Shown here: positions 28,738-39,371 of the stretch, piece by piece
Layout: each line of letters opens with the position of its first letter
Position numbering within the stretch: the first letter of the stretch is position 1
Assembly: GCA_035063585.1 (NCBI GenBank)
Contig: JAPSGB010000008.1
Location: 192,001-256,000, forward strand
Reading direction: 5' to 3'
DNA from: Polyangiaceae bacterium
GTDB taxonomy: Bacteria; Myxococcota_A; Polyangia; Polyangiales; Polyangiaceae
DNA length: 64,000 bases
Notes under the pieces: model-generated
Told to the model about the DNA's origin: nothing
Database searches by the model: none
The model's input: the letters and a program-made list of their open reading frames with translations, nothing else
Program-made: the position numbers and the translations under genes

Positions 28738-29583
28738 ATGTCGACCGAGGATGCATGCAAGCTCTTCGTAGCTGGCTTGCCGGACTCCATCAGTGAAGAC
28801 GGTCTGCGTGAGCTCTTCGAAGAGCTCGGCGTGAGCGTCGCCAACGTCAGCTTGCCGCGCGATCGCAGCACGGGTCGACCACGCGGCTTCGGGTTCGTGA
28901 CCCTCGCGACGCCGGCCGAGGCCGAGCGCGCGCGAGCGTCACTCGATGGGTCGCTGCAATCGGGTCGACCGATGTCGGTGCGCCCCTTCCAGTCCGAGCC
29001 GCCGCGGCGCGGTGAGTCGCGCGGGGACGCCGGGCCTGGCCCGAGCCCGGGCGCGGCAGGCGGGGATCGTACGCTCTACGTCGGCAACCTGCCCTACGAC
29101 GCGAACTCGTCCGATATCGAGACGCTCTTCCGCGAGCTCGGCGCAGGTCCGGTCGCGCGCGTGCATCTGCCGGTTGGCCCGGACGGTCGCCCGCGCGGGT
29201 TCGGCTTCATCACGCTGCCGAGCGCGGAAGCGGCAGCGAGCGCACTCGACGCGCTCCGAGACGCGGAGTTCCGCGGTCGGCGGCTCATGATCAACATCGC
29301 GCATCCGCGCGGTGAGCGGAGCGAGCGACCAGAGCGCTCGCGAGCCCCGCGTCGCGAGGAAGGGGGAGGCGGGCCCGAGCACCGAGAGCGCTTCGCGCCT
29401 CCGCCGATCCAGGCCCCCGACGCGGTCGATCCGCGGCGCGCCGAGGGACGCCGTCGAGCGACCAAACCGGAGCGCACCGAGGCGGACAACCGCAAGAAGC
29501 GCGGCGCGGGCGCTCGCGCGAAAGGGGAGGAGCCGAACCGTCGCGGGCGTTCGGGCTGGCAGGACTGGGACGACGAGGACTGA
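28738..29583 (+). CDS. RNA-binding protein with two RRM domains and a charged disordered tail
   Basis: RNP2/RNP1 pairs LFVAGL/RGFGFVTL and LYVGNL/RGFGFITL. Confidence 0.92.
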   Translation: MSTEDACKLFVAGLPDSISEDGLRELFEELGVSVANVSLPRDRSTGRPRGFGFVTLATPAEAERARASLDGSLQSGRPMSVRPFQSEPPRRGESRGDAGPGPSPGAAGGDRTLYVGNLPYDANSSDIETLFRELGAGPVARVHLPVGPDGRPRGFGFITLPSAEAAASALDALRDAEFRGRRLMINIAHPRGERSERPERSRAPRREEGGGGPEHRERFAPPPIQAPDAVDPRRAEGRRRATKPERTEADNRKKRGAGARAKGEEPNRRGRSGWQDWDDED

Positions 29584-29694
29584 CCGAGCGCGGGGAATTT
29601 CCGCGACTTGAAGCGAGAGCGCGCGGGTCGTTGCCGGCCCATGGGCCGGCCGGGGAAGGGTGGCGGATTGCGCCGCGGCGCGGGCGCGTGCTAG

Positions 29695-30834
<1,140 letters not shown>

Positions 30835-30909
30835 CGACCCCAAGGGCGCTCGGCTCGTCTCGTGACACCGGGAGGGGGCCTGGGAATAGCTCATGGGCGA
30901 GAGGCGAGA

Positions 30910-31785
30910 GTGGGTTCGTTTCGACGCTACCGTGACATCGTCATCGTCATGCTCCTCTTGGCGGTGCCGTTCTTCTTTCTCCGCGCGAGCATTCGGCGCC
31001 CGGAGGATCTGAACGTCGTCGATCGCACCGTCCTGCGAGTCGCGGCGCCCTTCCAGTATGCGGCGGCGGTGCTGGCGCGCGGTGTATCGAGCATCGTCAG
31101 CGACTACATCTACTTGGTCGACGTCAAGGCAGACAACGATCGCCTCGCCTACGACAACGCGCGCCTCCGCGCCAAGAACCGCGAACTCACGGCGGCGGCG
31201 GCAGAGAATCACCGGTTGAAGCGCCTCCTTGGACTCCGCGAGACGGTCCCGAACGAGACGGTGAGCGCGGTCGTGATCGGCAAGGACACGACCGAGTATT
31301 TTCGCGTCGCCCACCTCGTGCTCGACAATCCTGGCGTCGCGGTGCGCCCGGGAATGCCGGTGGTCTCCCTGGATGGCACGGTGGGCACCGTGTTTCGGGT
31401 CGCTGGCGGAACGGTGGACGTGCAGTTGACGGTGGACAGCGGCTTCGGCGTCGACGTCGTCTCGGAGCGAACCCAAGCGCGCGGCTTCGTCCGTGGCACC
31501 GGAGACCGTATGCGCTACACCGTGCGGGTGGAGTACGTGCAGCGCACCGATGAGATCGACGTCGGAGATCTCCTGCTCACGAGCGGAGTCGGCTGCCGGT
31601 TCCCCAAAGGGCTGCCGGTGGCTCGTGTCACCAAGGTGACCAAGCGAGACTTCGGCATCTATCAAGAGGTCGAGGCGGAGCCGACCGTGGATTTCTCGCG
31701 GCTCGAGGACGCCCTCATCGTCCTCACCGACACCAAGGACTGCGATCCCAAGAGCGGCGGCCACGGTCCGAGGGCGAAGCGTTGA
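30910..31785 (+). CDS. mreC: Rod shape-determining protein MreC
   Basis: N-terminal TM, coiled coil ENHRLKRLL, GDLLLTSG..FPKGLPV; follows mreB. Confidence 0.93.
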   Translation: MGSFRRYRDIVIVMLLLAVPFFFLRASIRRPEDLNVVDRTVLRVAAPFQYAAAVLARGVSSIVSDYIYLVDVKADNDRLAYDNARLRAKNRELTAAAAENHRLKRLLGLRETVPNETVSAVVIGKDTTEYFRVAHLVLDNPGVAVRPGMPVVSLDGTVGTVFRVAGGTVDVQLTVDSGFGVDVVSERTQARGFVRGTGDRMRYTVRVEYVQRTDEIDVGDLLLTSGVGCRFPKGLPVARVTKVTKRDFGIYQEVEAEPTVDFSRLEDALIVLTDTKDCDPKSGGHGPRAKR

Positions 31786-31792
31786 GCGTGCC

Positions 31793-32314
31793 ATGCGCAA
31801 CGCGTCGTTTCTCGCGGTCGGTATCCTCCTCATCCTGGTGCAGTCGAATTTATACCGGCTGCTCGGCTCGTTTCACGTTCACGGCGCGACCCCCAGCCTG
31901 ATCTTGCCGGTCGTCATCTTCCTCGGCGTCCATGAGCAGAGCATGGCGCGGGGCGCTTCGCTCTGCTTCGTCTTGGGGTACCTGCTCGACCTATTCGCCT
32001 CGGCGCCGGTCGGGCTCTTCACCTTCACTTTCGTCGCCATCTGGTGGCTGTCACGTATCGCTGGGGTGCGCCTGACCGCTCAGACGGCGCTCACCCGCAT
32101 GTCGATGGCGCTCGGATTCTCGCTGGTCGAGAGCGTGATCATCCTCATGCTGCTTGCGGTCTTCGGCGCCGACAACCGACGCCCGCTCGAGGTGGGGAGC
32201 GTCGTCTTGCCGCACGCGCTGGCGACCGCCTTGGTGAGCCCGCTGATCTTTCGACTGGCCCAGTGGCTGCACCAGAGCACCCTCTCGGTTCGTTCGACGG
32301 AGGGACAGCGATGA
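31793..32314 (+). CDS. mreD: Rod shape-determining protein MreD
   Basis: Small polytopic protein, GYLLDL motif, between mreC and mrdA. Confidence 0.88.
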   Translation: MRNASFLAVGILLILVQSNLYRLLGSFHVHGATPSLILPVVIFLGVHEQSMARGASLCFVLGYLLDLFASAPVGLFTFTFVAIWWLSRIAGVRLTAQTALTRMSMALGFSLVESVIILMLLAVFGADNRRPLEVGSVVLPHALATALVSPLIFRLAQWLHQSTLSVRSTEGQR

Positions 32315-34239
32315 CCTTGCTCGTCCAACGCTCGGACGTCGGCGAGTTTCGTCGTCGCTATCGCTGGTTGGCGCTGGTCGTGGTGTGCGCGTTTCTCGTC
32401 CTCGCCGGCCGGCTGGCAGAGCTCCAACTGGTGGAAGGAGATGTCCACGCGGCGCAGGCCCGGCGTAACATCGTGGGTGAGATCACGCTGGCGACCACCC
32501 GCGGCGTGATCCGTGACGCCTACGGGAAGGTGCTCGCGGCGAATCGCCCTTCGTATAACGTCTACGTGGTCCCCGGCGACATCGACCTCGAGGCCACCTG
32601 GCCTCGCGTGGTCAAGCTGATGGGGCTCGGAGACTCCGAGCGGGGCGAGCTCGAGAAGCGGATCCTCACCCAGCGAAGCGATCCGGTGCGCGACAAGCAG
32701 CAGATGCTCCTGAAGGTGGACGTCGATCGAGACGTCGTCGCCGCGCTCAAGACCCACGAGGCGACGCTTCGTGGGGTCGAGGTGTCTCCGGCGCCAGTCC
32801 GCTACTACCCTTATGGGGAGCTCGCGGCACACCTCATCGGCTACATGCGCGAGATCGATCCCGAGACGTTGTCCCGCCTCGAGGACCGCGGTTACCGCGC
32901 CGGGGATCAAATCGGAGCGGTCGGGATCGAGCGGCGATGGGAGAGCTACCTCCGTGGTCAGCGAGGTTCCCGCAAGGTGCTCCGAGGCCGGGTTCGGGGC
33001 ACGCTCGATCGGGACGAGCTCGAAGCGAAGTATCTGGAGGAGCCGCGGCGCGTGCAGCCGATCCCGGGTCGCGACATCTCGCTCTCGATCGACATCGAGC
33101 TCGAACAGGCCATCGAACGCGCGATGCGAGGGCAGCTTGCGGGCGCGGTAGCGGTGGTAGATGTCCGTACCGGGCGCGTGTTGGCCGCGCTCTCGAAGCC
33201 GAGCTTCGACCTCAACGTGACCTCCGGAGGAACCGGCAAGAAGGCGGTCCGAGACGCGTTCCGACGCCTCTATGCCGATCCGCTGAAGCCGATGCTCGAC
33301 AAGACCATCTCGGCGGCCTACCCGCCCGGCTCGACGTTCAAGCCCTTCAGCGCGCTCGCCGCGATGGAAAGTCACCTGCTCGATCCGCGTGATCGCGTCG
33401 ATTGTCGCGGCGGCTACGAGTACGGCAAGCGTTACTTTCGCTGCACCGGGGTGCACCGGAACGTGAACCTCCACGAGGCCATCGTCGAGTCGTGCAACAC
33501 CTACTTTTATCGCCTCGGTGAGGTCGTGACCATCGATCCGCTGGCCAAGGTCGGGATGGACTTCGGATTTGGCGCGAAGACGGGCGTGGGCGTGAACCCG
33601 GAGGCGCGCGGGAGGATGCCGACTCGCAGCTGGTACACTAGACGCTACAAGGGCTTCTTTCGCGGTGGCTACAGCCTGCTCGCCGCGATCGGACAGGGCG
33701 CGACCACGGTGACGGTGCTCCAGCTCGCGCTCGCATACGCCGTGCTCGCCAACGGTGGCACGCTCTATCAGCCGCAGGTGGTTCGAAGCATCGAGACGAG
33801 TGATGGCACGGTGGTGCAGGAGTTTCCGCCGCGAGTCCGTCGAATGGTCTCGGTCGATCCGGGCGCGCTCGCGCTCGTGAAGGACGCCATGGCAGGCGTG
33901 GTGAGCGAACGTGAGGGGACGGCGCATCACGCGGCGCTCCCGGGGGTAGACGTCGCTGGCAAGACCGGTACTGCCCAAGTGAGTCACGTGACCCCGCGCG
34001 GTGTCGACAAGGACCGCGTGTGGTATTTCAATCGCGACCACGCCTGGTTCGCCGGCTACGCGCCATCGCGCTCGCCCGAGCTCGCGATCGTGGTGCTCGT
34101 CGAACACGGTGGAGGCGGTGGCAAGAACGCGGCTCCGATCGCCATGAAGGTGGTCGAAGCGTGGCAAAAGCTCAAGGCGAAGCGGCTGGAGGCGCGCGTG
34201 TCCATCCAGCCCAGCGTGAAGCGGCCGGGTTCTCCATGA
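32311..34239 (+). CDS. mrdA: Penicillin-binding protein 2
   Basis: RGVIRD, STFK, SCN, KTGTAQ; ATG 32311 overlaps mreD stop. Confidence 0.96.
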   Translation: MTLLVQRSDVGEFRRRYRWLALVVVCAFLVLAGRLAELQLVEGDVHAAQARRNIVGEITLATTRGVIRDAYGKVLAANRPSYNVYVVPGDIDLEATWPRVVKLMGLGDSERGELEKRILTQRSDPVRDKQQMLLKVDVDRDVVAALKTHEATLRGVEVSPAPVRYYPYGELAAHLIGYMREIDPETLSRLEDRGYRAGDQIGAVGIERRWESYLRGQRGSRKVLRGRVRGTLDRDELEAKYLEEPRRVQPIPGRDISLSIDIELEQAIERAMRGQLAGAVAVVDVRTGRVLAALSKPSFDLNVTSGGTGKKAVRDAFRRLYADPLKPMLDKTISAAYPPGSTFKPFSALAAMESHLLDPRDRVDCRGGYEYGKRYFRCTGVHRNVNLHEAIVESCNTYFYRLGEVVTIDPLAKVGMDFGFGAKTGVGVNPEARGRMPTRSWYTRRYKGFFRGGYSLLAAIGQGATTVTVLQLALAYAVLANGGTLYQPQVVRSIETSDGTVVQEFPPRVRRMVSVDPGALALVKDAMAGVVSEREGTAHHAALPGVDVAGKTGTAQVSHVTPRGVDKDRVWYFNRDHAWFAGYAPSRSPELAIVVLVEHGGGGGKNAAPIAMKVVEAWQKLKAKRLEARVSIQPSVKRPGSP

Positions 34240-34252
34240 CGATGGGTGCTGC

Positions 34253-35377
34253 ATGATCGGCCGCGGCGCGCCGGGTACTTCGCGCGGGGTCGCGCACGTC
34301 GACATGCCGCTCTTGCTCGGCATTGCGACCATCACCACGCTCGGCGTAGTCAATCTGTACAGCGCGACCAGCGCGTACGTCGACTCGACCCGGCACGCGC
34401 GCCTGGCCGACATCTATGCATCGCAAATTTACTGGATTGCGATCGGCGTCGTGCTCGGCTTCGTGGTGTCCGCCATCGACTATCGGCACTTCGAGAGGCT
34501 CGCGTATTTCTTGTACGCCGGCGGGTTGGTGACCCTGGGCCTCGTCTTCGTGCTCGGCGCCGACATTCGCGGCGCGTCGCGCTGGATCCAGCTCGGAAGC
34601 TTTTCATTTCAGCCGTCCGAGTTCATGAAGATTCTGCTCATCCTCGTGATCGCGAAGTACTTACATAACGATCCGAAGACCGAGCCGCGGAGCCTGGTGG
34701 ATCTCGTGCCGCTCGGGGCGCTGACGGCGCTGCCGGTGGTCGCGGTGATGGCGCAGCCGGATCTCGGCACCAGCCTCATCTACCTGCTGGTGGCGGGCGC
34801 GATGATCGCCATGATGAAGATCCGACGAAGCAGCCTGATCTGGCTGGTGCTCTTCGCCGTGATCCTGCTCCCGCTCCTCTGGAAGTATGGGATGCACGAT
34901 TATCAGAAGCTCCGTATCACGAGCTTCCTCGATCCGGAGGCTGACAAGACCGGCACCGGGTGGCACGCCTTCCAGTCGCGCACGGCCATCGGCAACGGAG
35001 GCCTGTTCGGTCAAGGGTTCATGCAGGGGACGCAGAACCAGTTCGGGTTCCTTCCCGATCAGCACTCCGATTTCCCTTTTGCGGTGTTCGCCGAGGACTG
35101 GGGGTTCGTCGGGGGGATGGTCTTGCTCTCGCTCTATGCGTTCGTCTGCGTCTGGGCGGTCCACATCGCGTCTCAGGCGAAGGATCGCTTCGGGGCGACG
35201 GTCGCGGTCGGGGTGGGCGCCATGTTTTTTTGGCACGCCGTGTTCAATCTCGGGATGGCGCTCGGCGTCCTGCCGGTCGTCGGCATCACGCTCCCGCTCT
35301 TTTCCTACGGGGGCTCGAGCGCCATCACCATGCTGATGTCGCTCGGGTTTCTGATGAACGTGTCGATGAGGCGTTGA
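34253..35377 (+). CDS. rodA: SEDS glycosyltransferase RodA
   Basis: GASRWI, FQPSEFMK, QPDLGT, FLPDQHSDF, LPLFSYGGS. Confidence 0.97.
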   Translation: MIGRGAPGTSRGVAHVDMPLLLGIATITTLGVVNLYSATSAYVDSTRHARLADIYASQIYWIAIGVVLGFVVSAIDYRHFERLAYFLYAGGLVTLGLVFVLGADIRGASRWIQLGSFSFQPSEFMKILLILVIAKYLHNDPKTEPRSLVDLVPLGALTALPVVAVMAQPDLGTSLIYLLVAGAMIAMMKIRRSSLIWLVLFAVILLPLLWKYGMHDYQKLRITSFLDPEADKTGTGWHAFQSRTAIGNGGLFGQGFMQGTQNQFGFLPDQHSDFPFAVFAEDWGFVGGMVLLSLYAFVCVWAVHIASQAKDRFGATVAVGVGAMFFWHAVFNLGMALGVLPVVGITLPLFSYGGSSAITMLMSLGFLMNVSMRR

Positions 35378-35550
35378 GGCTGCCTACTCACACCTACACT
35401 GAGAAATTCCAGGGGCCGCGCGAGGGCCGGTCGCGGGTGCAGCTTTTCAGTTCGTCAGTCGCCGTGGTTCACGCTAGAGTAGTTGCGCTAGGCAGGCGGT
35501 TCGGTCACCGGGTTTCCTCTGGTCGACTGGACGGTGCCCAGGAGGCAAGA

Positions 35551-35997
35551 GTGAGCTCCAGAGTCGCCCGTTCCCTTGGACTTTTCTTTACGGCTGGTCT
35601 CGCGACGACGATCGCGGTGTCTTGCGCCTCGTCCGACGAGAACGCCGGAGTCTTCGACTACGACGCCGGACAAGACTCCTCCTCCGGCGGGTTCAGCGGC
35701 ACCGGGGGCACCCCGAGCGGTGGTACCGGCGGCGGGGGCACCGGGGGCTTCCCGTCGACGGGGGGCGCCTCGGGTTCCGGCACGGGAGGGGTTGGAGCGA
35801 CTGGCGGCACCGGGGGCACCGGCGGGACCGCGGGCACGGGCGGGACGTCCGGCACCGGTGGCGGCAGCACCGGGACCTGCAACGAGGCGTTCTGTCCGAA
35901 GACCGGCGCCGGCAACGCCTGCTGCGTCACGCCGAACGGCCCCTGCGGCACCGACACCGGGATGGGCTGTCAGGCGACCCCGACCGGCGACTTCTGA
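35551..35997 (+). CDS. Lipoprotein with Gly/Thr low-complexity stalk and 6-Cys C-terminal domain
   Basis: SD AGGAGG before GTG 35551; lipobox AVSC; GGTGG repeats; CNEAFC..CC..C..C. Confidence 0.8.
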   Translation: MSSRVARSLGLFFTAGLATTIAVSCASSDENAGVFDYDAGQDSSSGGFSGTGGTPSGGTGGGGTGGFPSTGGASGSGTGGVGATGGTGGTGGTAGTGGTSGTGGGSTGTCNEAFCPKTGAGNACCVTPNGPCGTDTGMGCQATPTGDF

Positions 35998-36003
35998 CGC
36001 TGC

Positions 36004-36030
36004 TCGCGCCCGTCCCGAGGACGGGCGCGA
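36004..36030. terminator. GC-rich hairpin between convergent genes
   Basis: TCGCGCCCGTCC-cga-GGACGGGCGCGA, perfect 12-bp stem; no U-tract. Confidence 0.55.
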
Positions 36031-36041
36031 CGCGAGAACAC

Positions 36042-39000
36042 TCACTCCACCCGGAACAGGTCGTCGAGGTCATCTCGCCCGAGGCGCTTGGCGCCTCCGG
36101 CGTCTTCGCTGAGCACCGAAGAGACGAGTTCCTTCTTCTTCTGTTTGAGCTCGAGGATCTTCTCTTCGATGGTGCCCGCGGCGACCAACCGATAGACGGT
36201 GACAACCTTCTTCTGACCGATTCGGTGAGCGCGATCCGAGGCCTGATCTTCGACGGCGGGGTTCCACCAGGGGTCGAAGTGGATGACGGTGTCCGCCGCG
36301 GTCAGGTTGAGGCCCGAGCCGCCCGCCTTCAGGCTGATCAAGAACACCGGGATGGTCGGATCGCTCTGGAAGCGATCGATGCGCTCCGCGCGATCGGTCG
36401 TGCTCCCATCGAGATATTCGTAGCGGATCTTGTCTTCGTCGAGCGCATCCCGGATGAGCTTGAGCATCGACACGAACTGGCTGAAGACCAGCACCTTGTG
36501 ACCGCCGGACTCGACCTCCTCGACCAGATCGCGGAGCGCACTGAGCTTTCCACTATCGTCGTGGCCGAACTCGCGAGGTAGCCCGAGGAGCCGGGCGTCA
36601 CAGGCTGCTTGGCGGAGCTTGGTGAGGCCCGCCAAGATATGGATCTGGCTCTTGGCTACGCCGAGGCGCTCGACCTCTCCCATGACCTGCGCGCGCACCT
36701 CGCGGAGCACCTGGGTGTAGATGGCCCGCTGATCCGGCGGCAGATCGATGATCTTGTCGACCTCGAGCTTTGCCGGGAGGTCCTTGGCGACCTCGAGCTT
36801 CGTCCTGCGAAGGATGAAGGGATGGATGGTTGCGCGGAGCCGCGCGGCCTGCTTCGAGTCTCCCTGGTCGATGGGGCGAGCGAAGCGTTCCTCGAACTTC
36901 GCGAGTGGTCCGAGGAGCCCCGGGCTCACGAACTCGAAGAGAGACCAGATCTCGCTCAGCCGGTTCTCGATCGGCGTGCCGGTGAGCGCGAGCCGGTGCT
37001 CGGCGGGGAGCTCCTTGGCGGCCTGAGCGGTCGCGCTCATCGGATTCTTGATGGCCTGCGCTTCGTCGAGGATGGCGTAGTCGAGACGAAGCTTCTTCAG
37101 CAGATCGATGTCCCGGCGCAAGAGCGCGTAGCTCGTGATGATGACGTTGACGTGCTCGAGCTCGTTCTGCTGTTCCTTGCGCCCGGCGCCGTGCCACAGC
37201 GCCGTGGTGAGCGTGGGCGCAAATCGCTCGATCTCCCGAGCCCAGTTGGTGACCACGCTGGTCGGCGCCACGATGAGGACTCGGAGCGGCTTCTGCTTCT
37301 TCTCCCCTTTGAGCAGCAGGAGGAGCGCGATGGTCTGGATGGTCTTGCCGAGACCCATGTCGTCGGCGAGGACGCCGCCGGAGCCGATCTCGTGAATGAA
37401 GTGAAGCCATGACAGGCCCTGCTCCTGGTACGGACGGAGCGTCGCCTTCAGCCCACGAGGCTTCTTGAGCGCCTTGATCCCGTCGATGTCCGCGAGCTTC
37501 TGGAACAGGGCCTTGGCGCCGGTAGCCACCGTCGACTCGCTCGTGTGCTCGAGGAGCTCTTGGATTCGCCCGGCCTGTGAGAAGGGGAGCTTCCCCGATT
37601 TTCCGCCCGAAGCGACCAGCTCGATCTCGCGATCGATGAGCGACTGGACCTTCTCGGCGTCGAGCCTCGCGTAGGTGTTGTCGCTCAGCCGGACGAATTT
37701 CTGACCTTCGCGGAGGCAGCGCGCGAGCTCGTCACGATCGACGCCGACCCCCTCTGATTCGAAGACCAACTTCACGCTCAGCCAATCGACGCCGCTCGAG
37801 ACGCGCGCATGGGAGGAGAGCGCCGAGCTTCGAACGTGTGTGCCGAGCAGATGCTCGGGGACGAACAGGTCCCAGTCCTCCGGGAGCGAACCGACGCCTT
37901 CGGACCAGAAGCCGATCGCCTGATCCCCCGTGGCAACGAAGAACTCGCCGCTCTCGTCTGGTGACAAGCCGAGCTCGAGCAGCGTTTGAGCGGCCTGCTG
38001 CTGCGCTACGATATCGCAACGGATACATCGCGCGCGCTTCTGCCCCTCGCGAGGGGGCAAGGTCAAGATGGGGGGAGAGATGCCATCGGCGCGCACCTCG
38101 ACCTCGACGTCGCCGTATGCGGCGCGGAGCGCGACCTGCGCCTCGGTGATCGACCCGGAAGCTCTCATCCGGAAGGTCGGCTCGAGATCGACGACATCGG
38201 CTACCTGAGACAGATCGGGCAGTTCGGCGCCGATCTCGAGTGCCACCTTGGGTAGCCCGTGGGTGATCATCCCGAGGAGCTCGGAGGCCGGCTCGGCGAT
38301 GGTGCCGCTCCGAAGGAGCCGACCGAGCGCCGCCGGGGAGACGCGGTGATCGATGGGGCGGGCGATTCCTTCGGTCGTGTCGATATGCCAGCCGGGCGCA
38401 CCGGGGAACCAGCCGCCGTGGGTCAGCGCGAAGCGGCGCCCATCACCCTGCCGCTCGAACGTCACCTTGGCGACGATGGTCTCGGCACCGACGAGCTCGA
38501 GATCGAAGCGGGGCTTGAGCGGCTCGTCGACGAAGCGGAGCTGCATCAGGGCTGGCTCGAGCAAGACCCGTCGATCTCGCAGGAGGGGCAAGAGATCGGC
38601 GGTGTCTTCGTCGCGGACGTCCACCGCGGGGTGGCGGGGGTTCCCGCTCTCGAAGCGCGCCAGGACGCGCAGCGCGCCGCGATCCGCCGTAGGGGAGAGG
38701 GCTTGCCACTTGAGCGCGACGCTCGGCAAGAGCGGCACCCGGGCCTCGGTGTCGAGCACGGTCACGGTGAGCCCGTTCTGGCGCACGTGCACGCGATATT
38801 CGAGCCGGAGGACCTTGAGATCTCCTTCGGGAGCGAGCCACGCTCCGATCCCGGTGGCGCGTGCGCTCGCGTGCGGCGCCGGTGGGAGAGCCATGCCGGG
38901 GGCGGTGGGTGTTTGCTGGGTCTGCGCGCGCCGGCGACGCTCCCGCCGACGGCTCGACTTGCTGTCGCTCGCGGCTGGCGCGGACGCGGACTGTTGTGGT

Positions 39001-39347
39001 TGCTGCGGCGCGGGACCGGGCGGGTCTCGTCGCGCCAGCTGCGAGCGGGCCTGATTTCTCACCGTGATGAGTAGCGCGGCGACGTGCTTGCAGTGCTGTC
39101 CGGATTTCTGAAACGCCGGGCAGGTGCAGTCCGAGGTGATGCCCTCACCACCCAACCGAATAGTCACATCGTAAGGCTCAGGATCCGAGCCCTTCACATG
39201 ACCTTGAGCGCTCGACTCGTTGACGCTCACGTCTTCGACTACCTTGCGCTTCTCGTAGTCGAGTCCGCGCAAGAAGGTTCGTGCTCCGAGCAGTCTACGT
39301 AGCCCGCGATCTGATAGCGTCGATAGTGCGTCAGCCAATGACGACAA
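36042..39347 (-). CDS. SWIM zinc-finger SNF2-family helicase/ATPase
   Basis: CTCP..CKHVAA (SWIM); LADDMGLGKT, LDEAQ, LTGTPIEN, QASDRAHRIGQ. Confidence 0.95.
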   Translation of the reverse strand: MSSLADALSTLSDRGLRRLLGARTFLRGLDYEKRKVVEDVSVNESSAQGHVKGSDPEPYDVTIRLGGEGITSDCTCPAFQKSGQHCKHVAALLITVRNQARSQLARRDPPGPAPQQPQQSASAPAASDSKSSRRRERRRRAQTQQTPTAPGMALPPAPHASARATGIGAWLAPEGDLKVLRLEYRVHVRQNGLTVTVLDTEARVPLLPSVALKWQALSPTADRGALRVLARFESGNPRHPAVDVRDEDTADLLPLLRDRRVLLEPALMQLRFVDEPLKPRFDLELVGAETIVAKVTFERQGDGRRFALTHGGWFPGAPGWHIDTTEGIARPIDHRVSPAALGRLLRSGTIAEPASELLGMITHGLPKVALEIGAELPDLSQVADVVDLEPTFRMRASGSITEAQVALRAAYGDVEVEVRADGISPPILTLPPREGQKRARCIRCDIVAQQQAAQTLLELGLSPDESGEFFVATGDQAIGFWSEGVGSLPEDWDLFVPEHLLGTHVRSSALSSHARVSSGVDWLSVKLVFESEGVGVDRDELARCLREGQKFVRLSDNTYARLDAEKVQSLIDREIELVASGGKSGKLPFSQAGRIQELLEHTSESTVATGAKALFQKLADIDGIKALKKPRGLKATLRPYQEQGLSWLHFIHEIGSGGVLADDMGLGKTIQTIALLLLLKGEKKQKPLRVLIVAPTSVVTNWAREIERFAPTLTTALWHGAGRKEQQNELEHVNVIITSYALLRRDIDLLKKLRLDYAILDEAQAIKNPMSATAQAAKELPAEHRLALTGTPIENRLSEIWSLFEFVSPGLLGPLAKFEERFARPIDQGDSKQAARLRATIHPFILRRTKLEVAKDLPAKLEVDKIIDLPPDQRAIYTQVLREVRAQVMGEVERLGVAKSQIHILAGLTKLRQAACDARLLGLPREFGHDDSGKLSALRDLVEEVESGGHKVLVFSQFVSMLKLIRDALDEDKIRYEYLDGSTTDRAERIDRFQSDPTIPVFLISLKAGGSGLNLTAADTVIHFDPWWNPAVEDQASDRAHRIGQKKVVTVYRLVAAGTIEEKILELKQKKKELVSSVLSEDAGGAKRLGRDDLDDLFRVE

Positions 39348-39371
39348 GTGATTCCTCGATGGGGTAGGGGT

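Noticed and set aside
36042..39347. SNF2 helicase as part of an anti-phage defence island
   Set aside because: SWIM-SNF2 is a common stand-alone bacterial gene; no methylase, nuclease or other defence genes are adjacent
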